DNA of 64,000 nucleotides from Octopus vulgaris (taxonomy: Eukaryota). Shown here piece after piece: positions 40,794 to 53,963 of the stretch. Position numbers and translations under genes: made by a program. The stretch covers positions 41,540,001-41,604,000 of the forward strand of contig OX597816.1 of assembly GCA_951406725.2 (NCBI GenBank), given 5' to 3'. The stretch's first letter is position 1, and every line of letters begins with the position of its first letter. The notes under the pieces are model-generated. The model saw only the letters and a program-made list of their open reading frames with translations. It searched no databases and had not been told where the DNA came from.

Positions 40794-40935
40794 CATGTGT
40801 GTGTGTGTGTATGTGTTTCTGTGTGCGTGCGTGTGCGTACGTGTGATTTTGTGTATGTGTTTCTGTGTCAGTTCTTGTAGAATAAAGATCTTCTGGGCTT
40901 TGCACCGTTTTGGCCGCAGTCAAATGACTGAAAGA
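40564..40935 (+). mobile_element. SINE, family B, split by an expanded internal (TA)n(TG)n
   Basis: Head and ggaaactgaaagaaacccgtc (to 40710), and tail ggccgcagtcaaatgactgaaa (40912-40933), match the 6131-6489 copy. Confidence 0.75.
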
Positions 40936-41100
40936 TATATAATGTAAAAATGTAAAGGATATCTATGCAAATATATACAGACATTTATAACAGAGATGAT
41001 ACGGGAATAATACAATATATATACATACATACAAACATATATATACACACACGCACATATATATATATATATATATGTATGTATATATATGTACATACCT

Positions 41101-41139
<39 letters not shown>

Positions 41140-41141
<2 letters not shown>

Positions 41142-41624
41142 AGCGCTCTTTTCGTTCCAGCAGCCGCCGAAGCAACACGTATTTGTTCGTCTCCCTGCGG
41201 CCATTAGGCACAACTTCATAAGCCAGCCCCATACTCAACTCGTCCTGTCGAAAGACCCTTGTCCTACGTCCTGGTTTTGTTTTGTTGTTTATTTTTTATT
41301 TTTACCGTTATTGTTTTTACGTTTTTGTATTTTTATTGGTGTCACGTATTCTGTATTTTTGTTCGTGTACTTCGTTCGTTTTCCGTCCTCGTGTTGTATA
41401 CATTCGAAGCCTTCTTCCAGGGGATCTAATGCGCTTGGCTTAGATTTCCCTTGGCGGGCTGCCCATATCGGAGCAATCTCAAGATTAATCAGCCGAAATT
41501 GCTAAGATGATCTGGTTCTTGACTGATGACTGAGAGCTTCGAATGTCCCGTCCTGTGGTTCTTGTGTCGTCTCTGTGGCGTTTCATGTTCTTGTCCATGT
41601 CTGTAATTATTTTTACTGTTTACC

Positions 41625-41625
<1 letters not shown>
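41140..41625 (+). mobile_element. PLE-like terminal fragment in (TA)n
   Basis: TA tracts on both sides; gccgaaatt...gatctgg..cttgaCTGATGA...cttcga.tgtcccgtcc is homologous to 43149-43210. Confidence 0.5.
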
Positions 41626-41658
<33 letters not shown>

Positions 41659-42397
41659 GATATATATGTATATATGTATATGTGTGTGCTTGCATGTGTG
41701 TATGTGTTTGTGGTTGTGTGTGTTTATGTGTGTGTATTATATACATATGTACATAAACAAATGCTCGGATATGTGCTGATCAAAGTTCTTTCGGCACTGA
41801 ACTCTACCTTTTCAATCACGTTTCATCTCCCTCGAAGTCCTACTCTGAATCTGTCGGAGACTAGTCGAACGCCTGTGCATATGTATGTAGATGTGTGCTT
41901 CAATCTGAGATAATGGTGAAAGTAAAGGAAGTGTTTGTGAGTATACGTGTGTGTGCGTGCATAAACGTATGTGTGGTTTTGTACGTACACGCGCGTAACT
42001 ACTTGTATGTGTTTTTGTGTTTTCCTTGCTGAGAGTGAAATAGCCAACTGTGACCTCTTTAAAGTTTTATTTTTTTTGTTCAAGGCAAGACCGGTCTGAG
42101 ATTTCTTGGGATTAGCTTGTCGTCTTTTAAAGATTTATGGGTGTAAGGGGGCGGGATTCAAGAGGAAAGAGAGTGGTGGAGGTTAGAATAGGATAGGCAT
42201 GTGTGTGAATGCATTCGTGTGCTCTCATGTATGCAGGGGGAGGGTACGATTGAAAACTGCCTGTCTACACAAAGAAATTCGTAATATAATTTTACATACA
42301 TTCGTAATTATCTCGTTTATGCTTCCACAAATATACACTCACGCACATACATGCCTACACACAAAAAGTACCCCCACCCCACACGCACATGTATATA

Positions 42398-42705
42398 GGT
42401 GCGGCCGGGGCTGAATGGTAGGAAGCTTTCTTCCCAACTATATGGTTCCAAGTTCAGTCCCACTGCGTGGCATCTTGAGCAGGTGCCATGTACTCTAGCC
42501 TCGGTCCGACCAAGCCCTTTTGAGAGGACTTCGTAGCTGAAAAAGAACGTAGTATCGGCAGCACATGCTGATGTGTTTCTTCCTCGTAACTTAGCAGTTC
42601 AGGAAAATAGAAGGACAGAATAAGTACTAGGCTTACAAGGAATAAGACCTGGGGTTGATTTCTTCGACTTTATCCCTGCATGGCCACAGTCAAATGATGG
42701 AAGCA
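42398..42705 (+). mobile_element. SINE, family B
   Basis: agttcagtcccactgcgtggcatcttgagc...tagcctcggtccgaccaagcc...ataagtactaggcttacaa...catggccacagtcaaatga. Confidence 0.8.
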
Positions 42706-43101
42706 AAAGAACGAAGCAAAAAAAGAACGAAGTATAAAAGATTATATATAAACATATGCATACAATTGTATATATGTAACTATATGCCTATGAATGTCTG
42801 CATAAATATGTATGTATGTATTTAACACACCATATTAAAAATATGTCGGGCATGTAGAAGAGAGTGTAATTCGGCAGGAGGACTTAAACGACATCCAAAG
42901 GTACATGAAGCCCAGTTACTACAGGGGGCTATTACCGGTAAAGGTAGTTGCCAATTCTGTACAAGACATTGTAGATCTTTAGCAGTGCTTAGATCTTTAG
43001 CAGTGCTAAAATGTCACATTCTATCACAGCACCAATAACAGTCAAGCTTTGTGCAATGGTCATACTCGATAACGAGGGGGAAGCCATAATAATGTATGTA
43101 C

Positions 43102-43132
<31 letters not shown>

Positions 43133-43135
<3 letters not shown>

Positions 43136-43330
43136 GAATACATAACCAGCCGAAAATGAATGGATAATCTGAAACTCGACTGAAGAAAGGAAACTTCGAT
43201 GACCCGTCCATGTTTTTCTTGTCCATCTTTTGTATGATCTGTCTGGAAGTTTTGCGTTCTTGTCCCCATTTTTTTTTGTATTCCTTTTTATATACATGTA
43301 CACCTTGGTGTAAATTGTTGTCACACAATA
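43133..43330 (+). mobile_element. PLE-like terminal fragment next to (TA)n
   Basis: Contains TCGA-CTGAAGA-aag-GAAA-CT-TCGA (43176-43199); homologous to 41490-41560. Confidence 0.5.
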
Positions 43331-43344
43331 TATACTTCTGTTTC

Positions 43345-43725
43345 AAGGCCGCGAGCTAAGAGAAATGTTAGCACGCCTGGCGAAATTCTTAGCGGCATTT
43401 CGTCTGCCGCTACGTTCTGAGTTCAAATTCCGCCGAGGTCGAGTTTGCCTTTCATCCTTTCGGGGTCGATTAAATAAGGTCCAGTTACGCACTGGAGTCG
43501 ATATAATCGACTTAATCCGTTTGTCTGTCCTTGTTTGTTCTCTCTGTGTTTAGGCCCTAGTGGGTAGTAAAGAAATAGGTATTTCGTCTTCACGTTCTGA
43601 GTTCAAGTTCCGCTGAGGTTGAATTTGGGTTTCATACTCTCGGTGTCGATAAACTAAGTACCAGCTCCGTACTAGGTTCGATCTAATCGAATACGCCCAC
43701 TCGGGCCGTTTTGCTAGGGTAGAAA
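43345..43725 (+). mobile_element. SINE family A: full copy plus a tandem partial second copy
   Basis: First unit 43345-43578; second restarts at ggtatttcgtcttcacgttctgagttcaag (~43578). Confidence 0.85.
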
Positions 43726-43805
43726 AGAACATTTACTACCGTTTCTTTCCTTTTCTCCTTTGCATTTATTTATATGTACATATCTCTCTCATTCTCTCAC
43801 TTCAT

Positions 43806-43912
<107 letters not shown>

Positions 43913-43979
43913 GTGGGGTGACCGCGTGTGAATCGTTGGCGATTTTCTTTCTCCGTCTTACCTTCCTTAGACTTTCTAT

Positions 43980-44014
43980 ATTTCTGACGAAGAGCTCCGC
44001 TCGAAACGTTGAAT
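43980..44014 (+). ncRNA. Minimal hammerhead ribozyme with canonical core, in PLE fragment 43925-44118
   Basis: ATTT-CTGACGA-A-GAGC-tcc-GCTC-GAAA-CGTT-GAAT: intact CUGANGA/GAAA core, 4-bp stems I and II, palindromic ACGT stem III. Confidence 0.75.
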
Positions 44015-44599
44015 CCTTCTTCTTTCTTTCGTTTCTTTCCTGAGAGTCCAATAACGCTATACTTGTTCTACGTCCTCGTGTTGTTGTGTATTCTCGTTAT
44101 TCATGTTTGGATAAACTATATATATATATATATATATGCGTGTATGTGTGCGGCGCTTATGTGTATGAACGTGTATACATACGCGTCTGTGGTATGAGTG
44201 TGAATTTTTTCAGCGTAGCGTAAAAAATAACTGAAGATCAATATTGTTAATTGGGTTTCGCTCCCTAAAAATTATATATTACTAATATTTTTTTTGTGAA
44301 TGTTAATAGATTTTCAATATATTGCTTTTTTTAAAAAATTTTAATAAAAGCTTGTAGAAAGTGGAACATACGTTAGAATAAGGAAAACCATGAGTAATAT
44401 AAATAATATTTCTAATGAGTGTGTACTTCTTAAATTATTCTCAATTATTTGAAGCCAACAATATTTGTTCGTTATTAACTGATAAAGTAATATATTGTAT
44501 GAGAAATAGCCATTATAAAGAATACAATATTGTGTAAAAGCATTGTAGTTATATTTTATTAAATAATAAACGAAATGGGAAATTGATACATTAGAATAG

Positions 44600-44602
44600 G
44601 TG

Positions 44603-44637
<35 letters not shown>

Positions 44638-44684
44638 AGATCTGTCTGTCTGTCTGTCGGTGTGTCTGTCTATCTATCTGTCTG

Positions 44685-44739
<55 letters not shown>

Positions 44740-44760
44740 GGCTAGCTAGCTAGCAAGCTG

Positions 44761-44815
<55 letters not shown>

Positions 44816-44840
44816 CTATGTATCTATCTGTCTGTCTATC
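44600..44840. repeat. (TATC)n/(TGTC)n compound microsatellite
   Basis: Directly visible. Confidence 0.95.
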
Positions 44841-45319
44841 AATATATATATATGCGTGTGTGTGTGTCTATACATGTACGTATCTATCTGGCTCTCTATA
44901 CCTCTCTCTCTTTCTTTGTATATATATTTATACGTGCGTGTGTGTGTGTGTATGTGTGTGTGTGTGAGGCGTAAAGAAGTGTATTCCCACGCAGGAAAAC
45001 ATATAGTAGTATTGGTTGTGGGTTTTGTCAATGCACCTGAATCTAAAGACGTGTAATCGTTTTTTTTAAATCTTGTAAATGATTTATTCACATACCAAAC
45101 TAGTATAGGTATTTTTTTACTTATCAATAGTACAAATATATAAGACGAAAGTGGCTTAAGACAATCTAAAGTTACAAGATAAGAATTGGAGACAAATATG
45201 TTCTAACGCTCAAATGTTCAAATGTTCACAGAAATTCAGTGACTTTCACAATGTAAAACTTATGAACTCCAATACTAACATTTCAGTGTTTGTGTGTCAG
45301 TGTGAGGACAGTGCAATCT

Positions 45320-45600
45320 AAGGATATGTACTAAGAGTGATATAAATCAAACACCCAGTGAACATCTTGGTGTTTGGAGCGATCACTAGTGAAGGCGACG
45401 TTATACCTCCATTCATGTTCCCACACGGCCTCAGACTCAACAGGGATAGCTGCTCTCGCTGAAGAGGGCGGCTGCTGGAAGGGCCTATTTCTAGCAAAAC
45501 CAAGTCATGGCTGTCAGGCAATTTCTGCAACCACACCATATCCTAATATCTGGCCACCTAACTCCTCAAACTCCAACTCCCTTAATTATTATGTGTAGGT
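45320..45600 (+). pseudogene. Tc1/mariner-superfamily (maT/DD37D-like) transposase relic
   Basis: KHPVNILVFGAITSEGDVIPPFMFPHGLRLN...IWPPNSSNSNSLNYYV, corresponding to WPPxSPDxNPLDY. Confidence 0.75.
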
Positions 45601-47159
45601 AGATGTGCACCAACACATGCACACTCACATACGCCACTCGGGTAATTATAACACTACATTCATACTCAGACACACACGCATATATACACGTGCACGCACA
45701 CACCACCATGACCAACACAACACACACACATATATATACATGCGCACACACAAACATAAACATACACACACATAAACAATCACGTATACGCACACATACA
45801 CATACCCACACACTCTACACGCCACTGAACTCTGAGACCAGTCAAAAACCACCACACATATACACAGTCATATATATACACACATCTAACTGTGCACACA
45901 CACACACAAGCTCCACACTCACATACACACTCACACCACCTTCAACTCTAAGACCAGTCAAAAAAAACACCGAACCGTGAAAGACTAGCCCAGAAACCAA
46001 ATATCCTTTTGATTCCACAGACTATTCGAAATCAGATATAACTGCTCCAAACCAACCTCCCACGCTATTTCTAAAAATAGCAACTATTCTTGCTATACGA
46101 GACTGGAGATGAAGAAAAATGTTTGGTCATTCCTCTAAAATCCTTACAAACAATTATGATTTCTGATTAACTGTTGACAAAGCGATACACGCTTTCTCCT
46201 ATCAAATACTGTCTACAAATTCTTTCTGTGTATATGCTTATAGGCAATTATTATTTCTAAAGAACTTATAAACACTTATGAACTCATTTTACTGTCTATA
46301 CTGAGCGCTTTTATGTAAACTGTTTAAACAGAAAGGTTCTCTAAATATTTCTTTATCATTGTCAAAGATTCTATTTCTGAACATTTTCTTATGATTGTCA
46401 AAGACTCTATAACTGTATTTTAATACATCTATGTTGACTAATTTTTAACACCACAAAGGCTATAAAAAGCCTTGCGCCTTGCTTTTGAAAATGCTATGGA
46501 TTGACCGAGATGAGATGAGATTTTAAGAAGGAGACGTCCGTCGAATCAATAAACATCTTTGAAAGACTTCTGCATTTTCAAATCTTTTCCCCTACATATT
46601 TTCACTCGTGCGACACCATGCAATTTTATATTCTTATATATACAAACACACACACATATATATATATATACATATGTATATATATATATATATATAAGTG
46701 TGTGTATGTATGTATGTATGTGTGTATGTGTATGTGTACATACACACATATGTACCTCTTATTGTAAATAGATAGATAGATTGATAAATAGCAAGATCGA
46801 TGAATAGATGCTCAGATGTTTAGATATATATTTTGTGTGTAGAGCAATAATTGAAGGCTAGGCACAACAGGGGGCTTCTAAGATTCTTCCAATATAAGTT
46901 CAAGTGGTATTTGGTAAACAATACAAAACACGTTAATGCAGAGCACATAGTTATATAAATATGGAAGTGAAACATTTCTACAATATTCATCTCTGTTTCG
47001 TAGGGCAAAGAAAAAAATGATATCATTGAACATCCAATTATGAAGTCAACCTATTCATACGCATTCATCCAGAAAGTACATGCGGTGTATATTTGATAAA
47101 AATGATAAATGTCAATAACTAGCGGTGAGTTAATAAACAGTGGCATATGAAGGATATAC

Positions 47160-47254
47160 TATAGTAGCAGTAGTAGTATGGGTAGTTGTAGTAGTAGTAG
47201 TAGTTGTAATAATAATAATACTTTGGTTGCTGCTTCTACTGCTGCTGTTGCTGT

Positions 47255-47304
<50 letters not shown>

Positions 47305-47385
47305 ATAATAATAATAATAATAATAATAATGATAATAATAATGATCATGATAATAATAATAGTAATAATAATAATAATAGTAATG
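47160..47385. repeat. Compound trinucleotide microsatellite (GTA/CTG/CTA/AAT)
   Basis: Directly visible. Confidence 0.9.
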
Positions 47386-47566
47386 CAGAATTAATTTCCA
47401 AAACAGTAAAAAAGATACATTAAAAGAAATTATATAGGAACGAGTTGCTGAAATTTCAAAAAAAAAATTTATATAAAACCTGAAAATGGAGGTTAAATAT
47501 TATTGTTCATAAGATTTATAGATGTAAATTATATAAATATAGATACATACACAAGCATACACACGT

Positions 47567-47624
<58 letters not shown>

Positions 47625-47842
47625 ATATCTGTTTGTTTGTGTGTGCGTTTGTGTTTGTGCATGTGTATGCGTGCTTGCATGTATACGTAAATATACTTGC
47701 ACGTGTGTTCAATGGCACGTGAAGCAATATATTTCATTTGTTTTGCGTGGCTGGTTGAAAGTTAGAATTTCCGTGAGATAAGTTAATTCATATATATATA
47801 TATATATACCTAAAAAACATATAACTATTCACACACACACAG

Positions 47843-47876
<34 letters not shown>

Positions 47877-48402
47877 GTATAAAGATATATATAATATCGT
47901 TGAATCCATGTACATTAATATGTATGACTATTCATGTCATATATATATATATATATATATGCGCTATAAATAATACGTGCTTATATTTGGATATGCGTAA
48001 GCTCTGTTAAACAGGGAAATCTCATAAAGCTTGACTTCCCGCTGAGCAGCAAATCACACAATTGTAATAAAATATACCGTATTCCGGTTTTCGTTCTGCA
48101 ACATGTGTTTGCTCAATAAAAAAGCATAACATACATTAAGTTATATAAACTACGTCTTGTAATTTTTGGGTGTATGCTATATTACCAAAGCTTATTTTCT
48201 ATGCATAAATGCATGGAAACACAGTTTAATACATACGCACACACACACACAAAACACAAATGCACTCACTCACGTGACACGCGCGAGCACACACACATAT
48301 ATGTGAGTGTTTATATGTAGTTTGTGTGTATGTGTGTATATGTCTGTGTGCGTATATATACATACATTCATACGTACATATATATATACATATACATATA
48401 CA

Positions 48403-48575
48403 TGGGTGAAATGGTTAGCGTTTTCTTTTACGTTGTGAGTTCAAATTCTGCCGAGGTCGACTCTGTCTTTCATCATTTCGGTGTCGCTAAATTAAGTACC
48501 AGTTGCATAATTGGATCGATTTAATCGACTGGCCTCTCCCGCAAAATTTTGGGCCTTGTTCCTAGAGTAGAAAAG
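48403..48575 (+). mobile_element. SINE, family A (internally deleted)
   Basis: gagttcaaattctgccgaggtcgactctgtctttcatcatttcggtgtcgctaaattaagtaccagtt. Confidence 0.8.
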
Positions 48576-48656
48576 TATATATATATATATATATGCGCAC
48601 ATACATACACACACGCTCAGATGTTGAGCATTTATAGGTACCTGACGTGATATATT

Positions 48657-48726
<70 letters not shown>

Positions 48727-48732
<6 letters not shown>

Positions 48733-49319
48733 ACCCTGGAGTTACCAACATCTTCCAAACCATACATTCAAACCTACCAATAGCCTTACAGAGCCCCAAA
48801 ATGAAAAACATATTAAACAAATATAGCATAAAAAACAGTAGACGACAGGACAAAAACCTAAAAAAACACCTAACAAGAGCGAAATTCTCTTCAGAAACTA
48901 AAACGGAATTCTTTGCAAAAGAGTGCGGAGATGGTAGATGTGGGACCTGCAGCAACCCCACCTACAAATACATAGAGAGCAACAGAGAGATAAGATTTAA
49001 AAATGGTGTCATATTCAAAGTAAATGCAGATATGAACTGCAAGACGCAGAACGTCATATACTGCATAACCTGCCCCACATGCAAGGAGAATTACGTAGGA
49101 GAAACTGGTAATTCTTTGTGCCAGCGAGCCAGGATCCACCGACAACATATTCGGCAGGAAGAACTACGCAAAATACCACTAAGCACACACCTAGCTACAT
49201 GTGGAGAAGGAAAATTTAAGATATTTCCCTTCTACAAGTGTCCGAAGAATGACACCCCCTTCAGGAGGAATATGGAAAAACATTTCATAGCTAAGTTCTC
49301 CCCCAAATTAAATGGCTGA
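48727..49319 (+). mobile_element. 5'-truncated PLE: open GIY-YIG endonuclease-coding 3' part, starting in (TA)n
   Basis: THNP...RRQDKNLKKHLTRAKF...CGDGRCGTC...NCKTQNVIYCITCPTCKENYVGETG...RARIHRQHIR...HLATC...EKHFIAKFSPKLN; paralogous to 56800-57381. Confidence 0.9.
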
Positions 49320-49825
49320 AACTTTACTCAACATACATTGAAGGAAAAATCTGTGTGTGTGTAGATGTGTGTATTGCCTGTTATATACATCATATTATAT
49401 TATTATCTTTATAATTCACTTCCATCTTTACCCTTTAATTGTCACTTTAATTTTAACTTTCCTATGACATACAACTTTCAAGATGGTATAATTTGGTTGT
49501 TCATTTTGAACCGATAAAAAGGTTTTTTCAAATATTTTATGTATAAGTCTGTGTGTGTGTATATATATGTGTTGGTATAAATATCAACACACAAAAATAT
49601 TTTTTCTTCTCCACTTCCTCCCTTATTTTTATTTTTATTTTTATTTTTATTTTTTTATTTTTATTCTTTATATTTTTATTTATTCTTTATATTTTTTTAT
49701 TTTATTTTTTATTTTTTGTTTTTATTTTATTTTATTTTTTTAATTTTTTAATTTTTTATTTTTATTATTATTATTTTTATTTTCCCTTTTCTCTTTTTGT
49801 CTCTCTCCCCTTCTCCAAACACACA

Positions 49826-49867
<42 letters not shown>

Positions 49868-50075
49868 AAAACACACACAGACACACAGAGACACACACAC
49901 ACACACACCTCCACAGAATGATCATAGAAAGTGTGACCCCAAATGACATTTGCCAGGCCAACCTATGCACAACACACACTCAGTGACATTGAAATGGACA
50001 GCCAAAGTTCTTATAAAACCACAGGGGGTCCAGCAGACCAACGGAAATAACACTTCTTCACTCTCAGATATAAAT

Positions 50076-50153
<78 letters not shown>

Positions 50154-50437
50154 ACATATTTTCTCTCTGTCTCACTTCCTCCTCACCCACTACTACGAAA
50201 CTATAAAAAGGTTCAAACTACCCACAACTGATTTGATTTGAAAACCCACTAGAATGGGAGCAAGCGCTAATCCGAATGATATGATATATATGTAAAAAAT
50301 GTAATATATAAATAAATATCTACAAATATGAACCATCTGATCTGATTACCTCAATTTTTCTAATATATAATACCTGTACATCATCTCCAAACCTTCCGAT
50401 ATATATATATATATATATATATACGTATGTATGTATG

Positions 50438-50476
<39 letters not shown>

Positions 50477-51359
50477 ATATATGTATATAGAGAGAGAGAT
50501 ATATAAAAGTACATTTATAGATTCTCTTCCGTTAAATGTGCGGCCGTTTCAGATAAACAAAATTGCATTTCAAGTTGTGTTAACATAACGGCTGAATAAA
50601 CATTTGTGTTCTTGCGCCACTTTTGTATATTTGAGAAATATGTTAATGAATTTTAAATTGACTCCATGTTTCATTGTCTTTAGTTTATTAATAAACATGT
50701 TTGACCCACCAGTAACTACCTTCAATTTTAGGACCTCAATGGGTACAGGGATAGTATATTTCTATTAATACTCGTAACTTAACATTTATGCTCGTACAGT
50801 TTTCCTCGGTTGTATAGCTAGATAAAACTACATAGAATTTTATTTAAGTGAAATCGAACGATGGAGAAGATATTTTATCAGTTAAAAAAAAAATTAGAAA
50901 AGTAAAACAATAGAACCTTCTCATTAGTTCTTGTAGAAAAAAACGTAAAAATATTTTTTGTATTGTGGGCATATATCCAATTTATTGCGCATATCATTTA
51001 CTGGTCTGAAGCACAATTTTTTCATGCCTCCTGAAAAATTACCGTGGACCCCCAATTTACTATATTGCATCCGTGGACCCATTCCCCACCAAATACTATA
51101 TGTATCCCAAAACATAGCTGCCTTTTTATAAGATTTATAATTCCATTAACTTCTTGTGATTGAAATGTAGTACTTACGTAGGTTTGCGTTGGAAAACACC
51201 AAGAAGTGAGATGATTTTAGTCGATTGAAGGTAAGAGGCAGAATTTTTAATGAAATTGTTCTCTGTGCTCGGCGACAGAAGAAGGGACAATATGCACAGA
51301 AAAGTATTGAGTAGTTGAATCTTTTGTGGCGAGAAAATGCAGTTTTCTGTTCAGAAAAG

Positions 51360-51768
51360 AAAAGAAAAAAACATAGTTGATTATAAATGAGTACCGCATG
51401 AGCTTAATAAAAATCAAAAGGTTTGGCATTTTAAAGTATGCACTATGCTCTTTTCTTGACCGAATAGTCACTTGTGACGAAAAGTGGATCATTTACGATA
51501 TCTATAAACTATCCGGTCAATGGCTTGGTCGTAATTAAGCCCCTAAACATTTTCCAAAGCCAGAGTTGCATTAAAAGAAGATGATGGTGACTGTTTGGTG
51601 GTCTGCAATTGTTGTTGTTCATCACAACTTTCAGCAATCAACTCGCTGAAATGCATGCTCACTTATTGCAGGAATGGGGCTTCAGAAACTCAGAGTCTTG
51701 GGATTCAATACATCTACATTCTTCTGATCTTTCCCCTACTGACTACCATATTTTAAGGATTTAAACAC
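51360..51768 (+). pseudogene. mariner (DD34D) transposase relic
   Basis: *VPHEL, FLDRIVTCDEKWIIYD, PKPELH*KKMMVTVWWS, SDLSPTDYH; internal deletions. Confidence 0.88.
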
Positions 51769-51800
51769 ATGTTTCGACCCGTTCTGGTTCTCTTCAGGTA
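51767..51800 (-). ncRNA. Truncated hammerhead-like motif
   Basis: Minus strand: TAC-CTGAAGA-GAACC-agaac-GGGTC-GAAA-CATG-T; the 3' arm of stem I is largely missing. Confidence 0.5.
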
Positions 51801-51866
51801 CATCAACTAAGAGTATATATATATATTTCCTCTGTCTTCCCTTCTCGGGATCTTTCCTCCTCCTTT

Positions 51867-51900
51867 GTTTCCGACGAAAGCTCCGCTCGAAACGTTAAAC
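51867..51900 (+). ncRNA. Minimal hammerhead-like motif (U4C) in PLE fragment 51826-52000
   Basis: GTTT-CCGACGA-AAGC-tcc-GCTC-GAAA-CGTT-AAAC; same family as 43980 with one base lost in stem II. Confidence 0.6.
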
Positions 51901-52019
51901 CCTTCTTCCCTTCTTTCCTGAGCATCAAATAATACTTTAATTGTTCCACGTCCTCGCGTTGCTGTGTTTTTTTCTGTGTTTTCTTGTTTGGATTAATTTA
52001 TATATATATATACATATAC

Positions 52020-52086
<67 letters not shown>

Positions 52087-52454
52087 ATTCAATTTGCCAA
52101 CGTAAAGTGGCAGTCCTTCACACGAGAATGCTACTATTATTTAATCCCATGAAAATATCTTTTCCAGCTAGCAAGCGACACGTCATTTGTGCTTGTATAC
52201 CGTGATCAAGGGAGTTAATGCTCTCCCTCCAACCTTAGAGATTCCTGCAGACCAATGGATATTTCCATTCCTCGCCGCAGGGCTCTTGCTCGTTAGGGAT
52301 GATAGCGACTCGTCAGGCTCACAGGATATACTTTAAATTCCGTATATATTTTATACACCTTATACTTTATGGCGACACACAATCACTGATCTCGTAATGA
52401 GAAAATCAAATTGTTGTAAATCTCTGAGCGAGAAATATGCAGTAACAGTACTGG

Positions 52455-52493
<39 letters not shown>

Positions 52494-52511
52494 TAATATA
52501 TACACGCATAT

Positions 52512-52570
<59 letters not shown>

Positions 52571-53056
52571 GACATACGTCCTTACAAATGCATATCAGTA
52601 TGTACGAAATGGAAAACTCCATTGAAATAATTAAAAATATGAATTCCGTTCTACAATTTATTCAAATCCGAAATTAGGGTCATATAAGAAATGGAATTCG
52701 AATTATTAAAGAGACTATTATATGAAACGAAAAATGTTTTCATTTCTATGCGTATGTGTATTGTACATAACACTTGCATACATTATTCTACATATATATG
52801 AGTCCGTAATACACACACATACGATACATACACACACACACACATATATATATATACACATATGCATATAAATATATATGTGTCTGTGTGCTTGTGTGCA
52901 CGTATATATATGTATGTATAAGAATATATAACTGGAAATAGTTATATAAAGATATTAGGAGATACACTTATAGAGAGACGTATGGATTCGTGTGTAAGCT
53001 CATACATTTATATAGCTATATATATATTACATGTGTGCGTGCGCATGTGTGTGTGC

Positions 53057-53098
<42 letters not shown>

Positions 53099-53918
53099 AC
53101 TGCATTTGACATAAACAAGAGACTTGCCTGCAGCGAATTTAAAGCATGTGCATTCAACGTATATTTTTCTACTATTGAAAGTAATATATGATTTCTAGAC
53201 GTCGGTCGGGAATTTCTCATTTATTGTAATGCTTTTGTGGTATACATGTGTGTGTGTGTGTGTGTGTGTATTCAAAAGAATTTTTTTGCCTTAGATTTTC
53301 TCTTAAATGGTTCCTTTATGCATTTTCATATTCCATGAAACCAGCATTTATGATTATTGTATACAGAACCTAATTACAATTTACTATCGAAAAAAAAACT
53401 CTATGTATACTTTAAATGGCATAGTACATACATTGACAGAAGTTTGCTCTCATCTACCCTTCCCAGTCTAATTCAAAATGAAAAAAAAAACATATATGTA
53501 TATCTGTGTGTATATTTTATTAGTCACATAAATTCGCTTGTTTCCTCCTCTACAAAGCCCAACGTCATACATACATCCACAAACACGCATACACACAACA
53601 CACTCACAAACACACAGACAGACAAAAACACACACAGATACACACATAATTCTATATTTCTGTTCGACACACGCACATACACACACACATATATATAACA
53701 AAATCTTCTTTTTATACCGTTATTTCTCTATTTACGTCTTATAGTTTTTCCCAAATCTCTTTATCTCTTCATCTCATCATTGATTTTATTTCATTGTAAA
53801 TAAATATGCACATAAGAATATGTACATACAAATACACACACATGCGCATACAAAACGCACAGATGCATATATATACTCACGTACATGTACTGATATATAT
53901 ATATACATACATACATAT

Positions 53919-53963
<45 letters not shown>

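Noticed and set aside
52270-52322. Minus-strand CTGACGA with a GTCGC/GCGGC stem as a hammerhead
   Set aside because: GAAA does not follow the stem (GAGGA), and stems I and III cannot be formed.
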